Origin: an uncultured Bacteroidaceae bacterium
GTDB taxonomy: Bacteria > Bacteroidota > Bacteroidia > Bacteroidales > Bacteroidaceae
Length of the DNA: 64,000 bases
Assembly (NCBI GenBank): GCA_905233465.1
Contig: CAJOEI010000025.1
Span: 4,951-68,950 of the forward strand
Direction: 5' to 3'
The position numbers and the translations under genes were made by a program. This document shows positions 1 to 9,467 of the stretch, piece by piece; positions within the stretch are counted from its first letter, which is position 1; the number at the start of each line of letters is the position of its first letter. A model generated the notes under the pieces. It searched no databases. It saw nothing but the letters and a program-made list of their open reading frames with translations, and was not told the origin of the DNA.

Positions 1-1911
1 GCGATAGATGGTGCAGCCCTTGCAGCCGCTGCGCCAGGCCTCCATATAGAGGTCGTTGACCAGCTGTTCGTCGACGTTGTTGGGCAGGTTGACGGTCACG
101 CTGATGCTGTGGTCAACCCATTTCTGGATGGCACCCTGCATCCTCACCTTCATCAGCCAGTCGACGTCGTTGGCCGTAGCCTTGTAGTATGGCGACTGCT
201 CCACGAGCTCGTCGAGCTCTTCCTGGGTGTAGCGGCGCGATGTGTCAAGGCCGCACACCTTCATCCACGTAAGGAAGTGGTGGTGGTAGACGATGTATTC
301 CTCAAAGGCATCGCCTGTCTCGTCGACAAAGTCCACATGCACATCGGGGTCGCCGGGGTTGACCTTGCGGCGACGCTTGTATACGGGCATGAACACGGGT
401 TCGATGCCGCTGGTGGTCTGTGTCATCAGTGATGTGGTGCCCGTGGGGGCTATTGTCAGGCAAGCAATGTTGCGTCGGCCATAGCGCACCATGTCGGCAT
501 AGAGCTCGGGGTCGGCCTGGCGTATGCGCGCAATCATCGGGTTGTTCTTTTCGCGTTCGGCATCGTAGATCTCGAATGCTCCGCGCTCGGCTGCCATCTC
601 CACGCTGCTGCGATATGCTGTCAGGCACAGGGTCTTCTGCACTTCAACGGCAAAGTCGGTTGCCTCCTGAGTGCCATAGCGCAGACCCAATGCGGCGAGC
701 ATATCGCCCTCGCCGGTGATGCCCACGCCGGTGCGGCGGCCCATGCTGCTCTTGCGCAGTATCTTCTGCCACAGATGGCGCTCGCTCTGCTTGACCTCCT
801 CGTTCTGGGGGTCGCCGTCAATCTTCTCTAAGATGAGATGTATCTTCTCCAACTCCAGGTCGATGATGTCGTCCATGATGCGTTGTGCCTTGCGGACGTG
901 GTCGCGGAAGAGGTCGAAGTCGAAGCTCGCGTTGCGCGTGAAGGGGTCGCGCACATAGCTATATAGGTTGATGGCCAGCAGGCGGCATGAGTCATAGGGG
1001 CACAGAGGTATCTCGCCACAGGGATTGGTGGACACCGTGCGGAAGCCCAGGTCGGCATAGCAGTCGGGCACGCTCTCGCGCAGGATGGTGTCCCAGAAGA
1101 GCACTCCGGGCTCTGCGCTGCGCCAGGCGTTGTGCACAATCTTGCGCCATAGCGCTGAGGCATCGATGTCCTTAGACACGATGGGCTCCTCGGCATCGAT
1201 GGGGAACTGCTGTGTGTAGGGCTTGCCCTCGGCAGCAGCCTCCATGAAGGCATCGTCAATCTTCACACTGACGTTGGCACCGGTGACCTTGCCCTCGGTC
1301 ATCTTGGCATCAATGAATGCCTCTGCATCAGGATGCTTGATGCTCACCGAGAGCATGAGTGCACCGCGACGGCCGTCTTGAGCCACCTCGCGGGTGCTGT
1401 TGCTGTAGCGCTCCATGAAGGGCACCAAGCCTGTGGAGGTGAGTGCTGAGTTCTTCACGGGCGAACCGGCGGGGCGCAGGTGTGACAGGTCGTGGCCCAC
1501 TCCGCCGCGACGCTTCATCAGCTGCACTTGTTCCTCATCAATGCGGATGATGGCGCCATAAGAGTCGGCATCGCCGTCGAGACCCACCACGAAACAGTTG
1601 CTCAGCGAGGCCACCTGGAAGTGGTTTCCGATGCCCGTCATAGGCGAACCTGCAGGAATGATATAGCGGAAGTGATCCAGCAGATTGAAGACATCCTGGG
1701 CCGACATCGGATTCTTGTACTGACGCTCTATGCGGGCAACCTCCATAGCGATACGCCAGTGCATATCTGTCGGGCTCTGTTCGTAGAGCAGGCCATAGGA
1801 GTCTTTCATGGCATATTTGTTCACAAAGACACGAGCTGCCAGCTCGTCGCCATCAAAATAATTTAGCGAGGCAGCCAGTGCCTCGTCGAAGGAATAAGTT
1901 GTCTTCTTCAC
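1..1911 (-). CDS. nrdJ: adenosylcobalamin-dependent (class II) ribonucleotide reductase, 3' end cut by window edge
   Basis: Absent from the ORF track because the frame has no stop inside the window. My minus-strand translation starts at GTG 1911: VKKTTYSFDEALAASLNYFDGDELAARVFVNKYAMKD...LMKRRGGVGHDLSHLRPAGSPV. Also GRRNIACLTIAPTGTTSLMT (480-421) and VNDLYMEAWRSGCKGCTIYR (60-1). All three are in one frame. The RNR-type TIAPTG and GGVG..S.LRP motifs are present. Confidence 0.85.
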   Translation of the reverse strand, partial: MKKTTYSFDEALAASLNYFDGDELAARVFVNKYAMKDSYGLLYEQSPTDMHWRIAMEVARIERQYKNPMSAQDVFNLLDHFRYIIPAGSPMTGIGNHFQVASLSNCFVVGLDGDADSYGAIIRIDEEQVQLMKRRGGVGHDLSHLRPAGSPVKNSALTSTGLVPFMERYSNSTREVAQDGRRGALMLSVSIKHPDAEAFIDAKMTEGKVTGANVSVKIDDAFMEAAAEGKPYTQQFPIDAEEPIVSKDIDASALWRKIVHNAWRSAEPGVLFWDTILRESVPDCYADLGFRTVSTNPCGEIPLCPYDSCRLLAINLYSYVRDPFTRNASFDFDLFRDHVRKAQRIMDDIIDLELEKIHLILEKIDGDPQNEEVKQSERHLWQKILRKSSMGRRTGVGITGEGDMLAALGLRYGTQEATDFAVEVQKTLCLTAYRSSVEMAAERGAFEIYDAEREKNNPMIARIRQADPELYADMVRYGRRNIACLTIAPTGTTSLMTQTTSGIEPVFMPVYKRRRKVNPGDPDVHVDFVDETGDAFEEYIVYHHHFLTWMKVCGLDTSRRYTQEELDELVEQSPYYKATANDVDWLMKVRMQGAIQKWVDHSISVTVNLPNNVDEQLVNDLYMEAWRSGCKGCTIYR

Positions 1912-2000
1912 GGGAAAGTGCGTGTGTGTATGTGTTTAGTAATAAATCGTTAGCGATGCCGCGGCAAGCTCGCGGCAAAAGGGAAATGGTTTTACGGCTG

Positions 2001-2008
2001 CAAATTTA
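2001..2008 (-). promoter_or_regulatory. candidate Bacteroidota -7 box (TAAATTTG) for nrdJ
   Basis: The reverse complement of caaattta matches the TAnnTTTG consensus. It lies about 90 nt upstream of the GTG start. Confidence 0.4.
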
Positions 2009-2059
2009 GTAAACTTATTGTAGACGGCAAAGGGCGACGGCGAAAAAGTATTTAAAAAA

Positions 2060-2091
2060 TTTGCACTGCACGAAAAGATGACGTACCTTTG
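2060..2091 (+). promoter_or_regulatory. candidate promoter for the tRNA: -33 TTTG (2060-2063) and -7 TACCTTTG (2084-2091)
   Basis: Both elements match the Bacteroidota consensus and are separated by 20 nt. The tRNA starts about 39 nt downstream. Confidence 0.5.
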
Positions 2092-2129
2092 TGCCGCAAA
2101 AAAACGAGGCGGACTCCGCAATGAACCTT

Positions 2130-2201
2130 GCGCCCATAGTTTAATGGATAGAATGAAGGATTCCGGTTCCTTTGATAAGGGTTCGATTCCCTTTGGGCGT
2201 A
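2130..2201 (+). tRNA. tRNA-Arg (anticodon CCG)
   Basis: Cloverleaf folded by hand. Acceptor stem is GCGCCCA/TGGGCGT (G1-U72). Anticodon stem is AAGGA/TCCTT with loop TTCCGGT (anticodon CCG). T arm is AAGGG-TTCGATT-CCCTT. Discriminator is A. Total 72 nt. Confidence 0.9.
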
Positions 2202-2216
2202 CTTCATGGCGGAGGT

Positions 2217-2239
2217 GTGTGCTCACTTGTCAAGCACAC
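2217..2239 (+). terminator. hairpin downstream of the tRNA (GTGTGCT-N9-AGCACAC)
   Basis: Perfect 7-bp inverted repeat between the tRNA and the convergent membrane-protein gene. There is no clear T-tract. Confidence 0.35.
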
Positions 2240-2252
2240 GTTCGCAACAATA

Positions 2253-3098
2253 TCACCTGTTTAGAATTGTGCGTCGCAGCAGTTGCTGTATTAGCAACAT
2301 GGCCCACAGCATGGCAAAGAAACATACGCTGGTGACGGTGTTTTCGATGCCCAGCGGTGCAAAGGGCACCGTGCAGAGGGCAAAGAATAGGCTGTAGGCT
2401 ATGAGGCGCTGCCGCTTGAGCAGGTGCAGCAGCGAGCGGCGCCCCCAAGAGGCTGTGGTGAACCACAGCGTGAGAGCGCCTGCGAGGACAAAGACCTTTG
2501 TGTCCCAGAGCAAGGCCAAAGCATGTGATGTCTGTGACGACAGCAGTTGCAGGTCGGGGTAGAGGTTCGGGATGTGGTTGCGTGTGACAAACTGCATCAC
2601 TGTGCCGATGACCCAACCGCACACCATCGGCCAGATGGCCAGGCGGAAGAACTCGCTGCGACGTTGCCAGGCAAGCATCAGGAACGCCAAGCATAGCGGA
2701 ATGGTGATGGCGTCGTGTGTGAAGCTGCAGAAAATGCCCATGAACAGCATCAGGGCATAGCCTCGGCTGAAACTCTTGTGACCTATGCGGCCGTATTGCG
2801 ATAAGAAGAATGGCACGATGCACTGTGACGACAGCTCCACCAGTGCCTCTTCGTCGCGTGAGAAGAAGAGTGCGGCGCTGGGGTTGAAAAGGATGATGAA
2901 TGCGGCTGTGAAGATTATCTCAACAGCTGTGCGGTTGGTGCCGATGAAGCGTGCCACGAGCCACACCAGCAGCGTGAACATGCCGGCCGAGAGGGGCACG
3001 ATGATGCGCGGGTCCCATACTTGTACACCAGCGCTGGGCACTATCTTCAGCAGCAGGCATAGCACGAGGAATATGATTAGATATGAGATTGTTCGCAC
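2253..3098 (-). CDS. polytopic integral membrane protein, unknown function
   Basis: 281-aa ORF with a GTG start in the track, so the true start is uncertain. It has many hydrophobic segments (ISYLIIFLVLCLLL, FTLLVWLVARFIG, IIFTAAFIILF). I recognise no family motif. Confidence 0.5.
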   Translation of the reverse strand: MRTISYLIIFLVLCLLLKIVPSAGVQVWDPRIIVPLSAGMFTLLVWLVARFIGTNRTAVEIIFTAAFIILFNPSAALFFSRDEEALVELSSQCIVPFFLSQYGRIGHKSFSRGYALMLFMGIFCSFTHDAITIPLCLAFLMLAWQRRSEFFRLAIWPMVCGWVIGTVMQFVTRNHIPNLYPDLQLLSSQTSHALALLWDTKVFVLAGALTLWFTTASWGRRSLLHLLKRQRLIAYSLFFALCTVPFAPLGIENTVTSVCFFAMLWAMLLIQQLLRRTILNR

Positions 3099-3125
3099 GG
3101 CTTTGAGACACGAGCAAAGCTCGTA

Positions 3126-3217
3126 GTTTAAAGTTTAAGGTTTAAAGGGAAGTCCATTGAACATTGAACATTGTGAATTATGCATTGTAAATTGTAAATT
3201 GTCAAATTGTAAATTAA
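3126..3217. repeat. mosaic tract with 7-bp periodicity, 13 units
   Basis: The tract reads gtttaaa gtttaag gtttaaa, then a 7-nt gap, then ccattga acattga acattgt gaattat gcattgt aaattgt aaattgt caaattgt aaattaa. It fills the spacer between the tex stop and the start of the membrane-protein gene. Confidence 0.9.
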
Positions 3218-3231
3218 ATGGGATTGTGCAT

Positions 3232-5418
3232 TCATTTAACGTTTTTCATGGAGAGTGATATGCGGTTGCGGCGCTGATCCACCTCCGTGACACGCACCAT
3301 AACATGCTGGTGCAGGCGCACTACGTCTGTGGGATGTGCCACATAGCGGTCGGCCAGCTGTGAGATGTGCACCAGACCGTCCTGATGCACGCCGATGTCC
3401 ACAAAGGCTCCGAAATTGGTGATGTTGGTGATAATGCCCGGCAACGTCATGCCTGGGCGTAGGTCGTCGATTGTGCTCACGTCGGCAGCAAACTCAAATG
3501 TCTCGGCATCTCCGCGCGGGTCGCGGCCGGGTTTTTCCAACTCCGACATGATGTCGGTCAACGTGGGCAGGCCCACATCAGCGCCAACATAATTATTAAT
3601 GTTTACGCGCGCGCGCAACCCTTTGTCGTTTATCAGGTCGGCGACGTGGCAACCTTGGTCGGCGGCCATCTGCTCGACAAGGGCATAGCGCTCGGGGTGG
3701 ACGGCGCTGCCGTCGAGGGGATTTTTGGCGTCCGTGATGCGCAGAAAGCCGGCACACTGTTCAAAGGCCGACGGCCCCAGACGCGGCACCTTCTTCAGCT
3801 CGGCGCGCGAGGTGAAAGGCCCGTGCTCGCGGCGATAGTCCACGATGTTGCGTGCCAGTGTGGGCCCCAGGCCGCTGATGTATGTCAGCAGATGGCTGGA
3901 TGCTGTGTTGACATCCACACCGACCATATTGACACAGCTCTCCACGGTCTGGTCCAGGGCGCGCCGCAGCTTGGTCTGGTCCACATCGTGCTGATACTGG
4001 CCCACGCCGATGCTCTTGGGGTCAATCTTCACCAGCTCGGCCAGAGGATCCATCAGGCGGCGTGCTATGCTCACGGCTCCGCGCACTGTGACATCTTCGT
4101 CGGGGAACTCCTCGCGTGCCACCTTGGAAGCGGAATAGACCGACGCGCCGTCCTCGGAGACGACATACAGCTTTATGTCTTTGGCTACTTGCTCGCCGCC
4201 CAGCTGATGCAGTGTGAACTCGACAAAGTCCTTGGTCTCGCGGCTGGCGGTGCCGTTTCCTATGGCTATAGCTTCGATGGCATAGCGGTGTGCCATATCC
4301 AACAGGCGCTCCATCGCGTCGGCACGCCGTGCTGCCGGTGGGTGGGGGAAGATGGCTTCGTGGTGCAGCAGGTTGCCCTGTGCATCGAGGCATACTACCT
4401 TGCAGCCTGTGCGGAAGCCGGGGTCAATGCCCATCACGCGCTTCTGGCCCAGAGGAGCGCCGAGCAACAGTTGTCGCAGGTTCTCGGCAAAGACGCGTAT
4501 GGCTTCGTCGTCGGCACGCTCCTTGGACGATGCAGCAAACTCGGTTTCTATTGATGGTGCCAGCAGGCGTTTGTAGCCATCGGCCACAGCCTCGGCCACC
4601 AAGCGTCCGCATTCGCCGCGTGAATGCACCCACTGGTGCTGCAGGCGTTCCACGGCTTCGGCTGCGTCGATGTCGATGCTCACACGCAGGATGCCCTCGA
4701 CCTCGCCGCGCCGCATGGCCAATAGGCGGTGGCTGCTGGCGCGGCGCAGGGGTTCGCTCCAGTCGAAGTAGTCGCTGTATTTGGCGGCACGGGCCTCGAA
4801 GTCGGCGGCTGCCTGTTCGTCCTTGGTCTTGCTGCGCACCAGTTTGGAACTCACCACGGCTGTGCGGCGGAACATGCCGCGTATGCTCTGGCGCGAGCGC
4901 TCGTCCTCGCTGACCATCTCGGCGATGATGTCCTGTGCGCCGCTGAGAGCCTCGGCCACGGTGGGCACGGCCTCGCTGCCGGCATACGCCTTGGCTGCTG
5001 CGGCCGGGTCGGGGTAGCGCTGCTCGAGCAGCAACAATGCCAGCGGCTCCAGCCCCTGTTCACGGGCTATCTGTGCGCGGGTGCGTCTACGCGGCTTATA
5101 TGGCAAGTAGATGTCTTCCAGCTCGGTGGCATCCCAGCAGGCTTCGATGCGCGTCTGCAGCTCCGGCATCAGTCGCCCTTGCTCGTCGATGGTCTTCAGG
5201 ATGGTCTCCTTGCGATGCGCCGTCTCGGTCAGTTTCTCGCTCAGCTCAGCTATGGAGCCTATCTGCACCTCGTCCAGCCCGCCGGTGCGCTCCTTGCGGT
5301 AGCGGGCGATGAAGGGTATGGTGGCTCCGTCGGCCAGCAGTTCGAGCGTCGCACGTACCTGCTTGGCAGCCAGCTGTGTACGGCTGCTGATGATATCTGT
5401 GAAGATGGTGTTATCCAT
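3232..5418 (-). CDS. tex: Tex-like transcription accessory protein (S1 RNA-binding domain protein)
   Basis: Contains IPFIARYRKERTGGLDEVQI and a C-terminal S1 domain (GIITNITNFGAFVDIGVHQDGLVHISQL). The track start at 5445 is TTG and overlaps a -7 box. I prefer ATG 5418 (MDNTIF); ATG 5430 is also possible. Confidence 0.9.
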   Translation of the reverse strand: MDNTIFTDIISSRTQLAAKQVRATLELLADGATIPFIARYRKERTGGLDEVQIGSIAELSEKLTETAHRKETILKTIDEQGRLMPELQTRIEACWDATELEDIYLPYKPRRRTRAQIAREQGLEPLALLLLEQRYPDPAAAAKAYAGSEAVPTVAEALSGAQDIIAEMVSEDERSRQSIRGMFRRTAVVSSKLVRSKTKDEQAAADFEARAAKYSDYFDWSEPLRRASSHRLLAMRRGEVEGILRVSIDIDAAEAVERLQHQWVHSRGECGRLVAEAVADGYKRLLAPSIETEFAASSKERADDEAIRVFAENLRQLLLGAPLGQKRVMGIDPGFRTGCKVVCLDAQGNLLHHEAIFPHPPAARRADAMERLLDMAHRYAIEAIAIGNGTASRETKDFVEFTLHQLGGEQVAKDIKLYVVSEDGASVYSASKVAREEFPDEDVTVRGAVSIARRLMDPLAELVKIDPKSIGVGQYQHDVDQTKLRRALDQTVESCVNMVGVDVNTASSHLLTYISGLGPTLARNIVDYRREHGPFTSRAELKKVPRLGPSAFEQCAGFLRITDAKNPLDGSAVHPERYALVEQMAADQGCHVADLINDKGLRARVNINNYVGADVGLPTLTDIMSELEKPGRDPRGDAETFEFAADVSTIDDLRPGMTLPGIITNITNFGAFVDIGVHQDGLVHISQLADRYVAHPTDVVRLHQHVMVRVTEVDQRRNRISLSMKNVK

Positions 5419-5442
5419 AGATGTTGTCATGCAATTTGGCGA

Positions 5443-5450
5443 CAAAGGTA
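5443..5450 (-). promoter_or_regulatory. candidate -7 box TACCTTTG for tex
   Basis: The reverse complement of caaaggta matches TAnnTTTG, about 25 nt upstream of ATG 5418. Confidence 0.45.
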
Positions 5451-5526
5451 GCTAAAAAAGTGTAAAATGAAGAAGGATGGCAAAAGAATTACAGCTGAAA
5501 AGTGGAAATCTTTTACGTTTTCTTTG

Positions 5527-5534
5527 TACCTTTG
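5527..5534 (+). promoter_or_regulatory. candidate -7 box TACCTTTG (extended TACCTTTGCGCCC) for the Smr-domain gene
   Basis: Matches TAnnTTTG 28 nt upstream of ATG 5562. The same 13-mer recurs at 9413. Confidence 0.55.
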
Positions 5535-5561
5535 CGCCCAAATTTCAAAAAACGTACATTC

Positions 5562-6878
5562 ATGGAAATCGGACAGAAAGTGCGCTTCCTCAACGAAGTG
5601 GGAGGCGGAGTGATATCTGGCTTTCAAGGCAAGGATATCGTGCTTGTTGAGGATGAAGACGGTTTCGACATCCCCATGTTGCGTTCGCAAGTCGTTGTCA
5701 TAGAGACAAATGCCAACAACTTTGAACGCCCTAATCCCGGGCAACGCCAACAGCAGCGCGAGGCTCAGAAACCCAAGGCTGCTCCTGAATATGGCAGCAA
5801 GCCTGCAACACAACAGCCGACGGCCGACAGCACAGCGCCCCGCCGACGCTATCTCAACGACGACGAGGACTATGACCCAGCAGACAGACCTGTGACCTTC
5901 CGTCCCAAGCCTGTGGAGCGCAAGGGGGGCGACCTGCTCAATGTGATGCTGGCATTCATACCCGAGAACGTCCGTGAGCTCACGTCGACACGCTTCGAAA
6001 GCTATCTCATCAACGACTCCAACTATTATCTCTCTGTGATGATGGCGACTGCCGAGGGCGCTGCCTGGCACCTGAGGTGGCAGACCACGATGGAGCCCAA
6101 CACCAAGACCCTCATTGAGAGCTTCGACCGCTCGGAGCTCAACAGCCTGGAGCGGATAGCGGTGCAGGTCGTGGCCTGGAAGCAGGACAAGCCTTTCATG
6201 CTCAAACAGCCAATAGGCGTTGAGTTGCGACTGGATATGGTGAAGTTCTACAAGCTGCATGTTTTCCAGACCACGCCGTTCTTCCACGAACCCGCCCTGC
6301 TATACGACCTCGTGCGTGACGACCATCCCGTGCGTAAGGTCTTTGCTGAGGCCACAGACCTTGTGGAGGAGGTAGACACACAGCAGCAGGAGGCACAAAT
6401 TGAGGAGGCACCGCAGCTCGAGGAGCCCGCAGCCGCACCGCAGCTCACACGCGAGCAGGAGCGGCAGGCCCTGAAGGATGCCAAGCGTGCGCTGAAAGCC
6501 CAGCAGCAGGCCGAAGCCGCCCGGCAGCTGGCTGCCAAGATGGCTGAAGCTCCACGCGAACACCAGTTATCGAAACCCAACCATCATTCCGGTGAGGATG
6601 TCGTGGAGGTGGATCTGCATATCACGGCGCTGCTCGACAACACCGCTGGGCTGTCGAATAGTGTGCTGCTCAACACGCAGCTGACAGAGTTCCGCATTGT
6701 CATGGAGCGATATAAGGCCAAGAAAGGGCAGCGGATCGTCTTCATACATGGTAAAGGCGATGGTGTGCTGCGCGATGCCATACTCAAGGAGCTGCATCAG
6801 CGCTACCGCCACTGCACGGCACAGGATGCTTCCTTCCGCGAATACGGCTACGGTGCCACAATGGTGACAATACACTGA
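5562..6878 (+). CDS. Smr domain-containing protein (DUF2027-like N-terminal region plus C-terminal Smr)
   Basis: The C-terminus reads VVEVDLHITALL...RIVFIHGKGDGVLRDAILKELHQRY, which is Smr-like. The track start at 5502 is GTG upstream of the -7 box, so ATG 5562 (MEIGQKVRF) is preferred. Confidence 0.75.
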   Translation: MEIGQKVRFLNEVGGGVISGFQGKDIVLVEDEDGFDIPMLRSQVVVIETNANNFERPNPGQRQQQREAQKPKAAPEYGSKPATQQPTADSTAPRRRYLNDDEDYDPADRPVTFRPKPVERKGGDLLNVMLAFIPENVRELTSTRFESYLINDSNYYLSVMMATAEGAAWHLRWQTTMEPNTKTLIESFDRSELNSLERIAVQVVAWKQDKPFMLKQPIGVELRLDMVKFYKLHVFQTTPFFHEPALLYDLVRDDHPVRKVFAEATDLVEEVDTQQQEAQIEEAPQLEEPAAAPQLTREQERQALKDAKRALKAQQQAEAARQLAAKMAEAPREHQLSKPNHHSGEDVVEVDLHITALLDNTAGLSNSVLLNTQLTEFRIVMERYKAKKGQRIVFIHGKGDGVLRDAILKELHQRYRHCTAQDASFREYGYGATMVTIH

Positions 6879-6883
6879 TACAG

Positions 6884-8134
6884 ATGACTGACCCCAAAGA
6901 CATACAAATCAAGGACTATACCTACCCGCTGACCGACGACCGCATCCCCAAGTACCCGCTGGCACAGCGCGATGCATCGAAGCTGCTGGTCTATGACAAG
7001 GGTGACATCAGCCAGCGCGTGTTCAGACAGCTGCCGGAGCTACTGCCCGAAGGTTCGCTGATGGTGATGAACAACACCCGCGTCATACAGGCGCGGCTAC
7101 ACTTCCGCAAGGCTGCTGCAGAAGGACAGACGGGCGCGCTCATCGAGATATTCTGCCTTGAGCCCCACGAGCCCCGCGACTATGTCCTTATGTTCCAGCA
7201 GACGAAGTCGTGTCAGTGGATGTGTCTGGTGGGCAATGCCAAGAAGTGGAAGCAAGGGCCGCTGGAGCGCATCATCAGCGTCGGCGACCGCCAACTCACC
7301 CTGCGTGCCACACGTATCTCGACAGCTGGCGGCGAGGCCGTAGTGGAGTTTGACTGGAATGATGCCGACGTGACATGGGCACAGGTGCTGGAGGCCACGG
7401 GTGAGCTGCCAATTCCTCCATATCTCAATCGTGCCACAGAACAGAGCGACATGCAGACCTACCAGACCGTCTACTCGAAGGTCAAAGGCAGTGTGGCAGC
7501 ACCCACGGCAGGACTGCACTTCACGCCGGAGGTGCTGGCCGGCATCGATGCTCGCGGCATAGAACGTGCCGAGCTTACGCTGCATGTGGGAGCCGGAACG
7601 TTCCGACCCGTGAAGAGTGAACAGCTCGGTGGCCATCAGATGCATGCCGAGTGGATTTATGTGCCGCGTGCTGTGGTGCAGGCGCTACTGCGTCACGGTG
7701 GCGAATGCACAGCCATCGGCACCACGAGCGTCCGCACTCTGGAATCATTGTATTATATTGGCTGCCACATCATAGCCAACCCTGAGGCAACAGAGGATGA
7801 CCTGCGTGTGGAGCAGTGGGAACCGTATAGTTTAAAAGCGGATGAGGCTGGTTTCACGCCCACTGTTATTGAGGCGCTTGAGGCCATTGACGAATGGATG
7901 CTGCGCAAAGGTGTCGATGCGCTGCACACCGCGACACGCATAATCATCGTGCCGGGCTACAAGTACCACATCGTGCGGCGTATGGTGACCAACTTCCATC
8001 AGCCTGAGAGTACACTGCTGTTGCTCGTTGCTGCCTTTGTCGGCGAGCGGCAGTGGCGCGACATATACCACTATGCCCTTGACAACGGTTTCCGGTTCCT
8101 TAGCTATGGCGACAGCTCGTTGCTGATGCCATAG
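6884..8134 (+). CDS. queA: S-adenosylmethionine:tRNA ribosyltransferase-isomerase
   Basis: Motifs: NNTRVIQARL, PPYLNR, YQTVYS, GSVAAPTAGLHFT, HVGAGTFRPVK, GTTSVRTLES, FHQPESTLLLLVAAF, YRFLSYGDSSLL. Confidence 0.9.
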   Translation: MTDPKDIQIKDYTYPLTDDRIPKYPLAQRDASKLLVYDKGDISQRVFRQLPELLPEGSLMVMNNTRVIQARLHFRKAAAEGQTGALIEIFCLEPHEPRDYVLMFQQTKSCQWMCLVGNAKKWKQGPLERIISVGDRQLTLRATRISTAGGEAVVEFDWNDADVTWAQVLEATGELPIPPYLNRATEQSDMQTYQTVYSKVKGSVAAPTAGLHFTPEVLAGIDARGIERAELTLHVGAGTFRPVKSEQLGGHQMHAEWIYVPRAVVQALLRHGGECTAIGTTSVRTLESLYYIGCHIIANPEATEDDLRVEQWEPYSLKADEAGFTPTVIEALEAIDEWMLRKGVDALHTATRIIIVPGYKYHIVRRMVTNFHQPESTLLLLVAAFVGERQWRDIYHYALDNGFRFLSYGDSSLLMP

Positions 8135-8152
8135 CCGTATCTCACTTGACTT

Positions 8153-9316
8153 TTATCTCCACCAGCGGTAGATGACGGGCGTGCTCTCGTCCCATGGGCT
8201 GATGCGTGCGCTGATGAAGCGGCTCTGTGCCAGACTGCGCGGATTCCATACATCACCGACAAACCACACATCGCGGCCGTCGTCGACCGAGAAGGCTCCT
8301 TGTGCTCCAAAGGTGCGCTCGGCGTCCTCGCCGCGCATCGGTGAGGGGTGTTGTGTCCACGTGCCGCTGATGCTGTCGGCAGAGAACATGCGAGCCTCAT
8401 TGGGTTCCCAACCTGTGCAACCGCTGCATATCATCCACACGCGCTGATGCATATCAAACAGCACCGGAGCCTCGTTCTGTCCGCCCGGGGCGATGCGGTA
8501 GTAGCGGCCTGTGTAGCCCAGACAATCGTCTGTGAGCTCTGCCGCCTGCAAAGTCATATTCTCTTCGGATGAATAGATATGCCACCAGCGGCTGTGCCGG
8601 TCCATATATACTGTCATATCGCGGCTCATCTGGCCTGTGCCAAAGTCACGTGCGCAGAACATCCCCGCTTCCACAGCCTTGCGCCATTCGGGTGTCCACG
8701 ATTCCTTGAAGTCCCGTGGGTGCAGCGACTGGGCTCGCGCTATGTCGGCATCAGTCCAGTCGGCAGGCCATCGCCCGGGGTTGGGGCGCTGCGAGTGGTG
8801 GAAGCGGAACGGCCCTTCGGGTGTGTCGCTTACGGCGAAGCCGACTTCTGCGGCATCATAGCCGCGTCCTTTGTGCTCGAGATGGAAGAGCATCACGTAT
8901 TGCTGTGTGCGGCGGTTGTATATCACCTTGGGTCGCTCTATGATACATCCGCGCTCTATGGGCGAACCGGCCGAGTCGACCACCGACAGCACCAGGCCGC
9001 GATTGACCCAATGCTTGTCTTGCAGGAACGTCATTATCTGCACCATTCCTGGACCGTCGAGCATACGTGCATCGCCGTGATTAACGACTGGCGGAGCGGG
9101 TATCTCGGCCGTGTAGAGGCTCACCCCGAGCGATGTGAATCCGCGGCGGGGACGAGCTTCGCCATACCAATACCAGGTGTTGTCGTGGCGCAGTATGCAC
9201 CCTCCGTGAGCGTTCACAGATTGGCTATCAGTGTCGAGGACAATTTCTTGTGCCACAGCGGGCGGAACGGAGCAGGCTGCCATAAGCAAAAAGGTCGTGA
9301 TTAGGTGTTTGTACAT
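8153..9316 (-). CDS. secreted glycoside hydrolase, GH43-like beta-propeller (family assignment tentative)
   Basis: Signal peptide MYKHLITTFLLMAACSVPPAVAQ. Contains NAHGGCILRHDNTWYWYGE and repeated W/Y-rich blade-like segments. The track start at 9343 is TTG; ATG 9316 follows a -7 box. Confidence 0.55.
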   Translation of the reverse strand: MYKHLITTFLLMAACSVPPAVAQEIVLDTDSQSVNAHGGCILRHDNTWYWYGEARPRRGFTSLGVSLYTAEIPAPPVVNHGDARMLDGPGMVQIMTFLQDKHWVNRGLVLSVVDSAGSPIERGCIIERPKVIYNRRTQQYVMLFHLEHKGRGYDAAEVGFAVSDTPEGPFRFHHSQRPNPGRWPADWTDADIARAQSLHPRDFKESWTPEWRKAVEAGMFCARDFGTGQMSRDMTVYMDRHSRWWHIYSSEENMTLQAAELTDDCLGYTGRYYRIAPGGQNEAPVLFDMHQRVWMICSGCTGWEPNEARMFSADSISGTWTQHPSPMRGEDAERTFGAQGAFSVDDGRDVWFVGDVWNPRSLAQSRFISARISPWDESTPVIYRWWR

Positions 9317-9340
9317 AGGAAAAGAAGTATAAATACGGTG

Positions 9341-9348
9341 CAAAAGTA
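9341..9348 (-). promoter_or_regulatory. candidate -7 box TACTTTTG for the GH43-like gene
   Basis: The reverse complement of caaaagta matches TAnnTTTG, 25 nt upstream of ATG 9316. Confidence 0.45.
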
Positions 9349-9412
9349 ATAAAAAGCGTTAATACACATAGGATTTCTCACATATTTTTCCTGTTTATCG
9401 GGTTATTTTTCA

Positions 9413-9420
9413 TACCTTTG
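9413..9420 (+). promoter_or_regulatory. candidate -7 box TACCTTTG (TACCTTTGCGCCC) for ndk
   Basis: Matches TAnnTTTG 48 nt upstream of ATG 9468. Confidence 0.55.
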
Positions 9421-9467
9421 CGCCCGAAAACTGGACTTTATCCGTCCAAATCACCCAAAAACAACGT

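Noticed and set aside
1912-2000. Cobalamin riboswitch in the nrdJ 5' leader
   Set aside because: The leader is only about 90 nt. It contains a single short hairpin (GCCGCG-N7-CGCGGC). I see no B12-box-like core or the multi-stem architecture a cobalamin riboswitch needs.
3646-4554. Long antisense ORFs inside well-supported genes. Examples are 302 aa opposite tex, 340 aa at 34845-35867 opposite the SusC-like gene, 337 aa at 56373-57386 opposite leuA, 305 aa at 15315-16232 opposite the GH125 domain, and 286 aa at 5427-6287 opposite the Smr gene.
   Set aside because: These are typical shadow ORFs of GC-rich coding DNA. Their translations are low-complexity (Ala/Gly/Val/His-rich) with no motifs. 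The opposite strand carries clear conserved protein signatures in each case.
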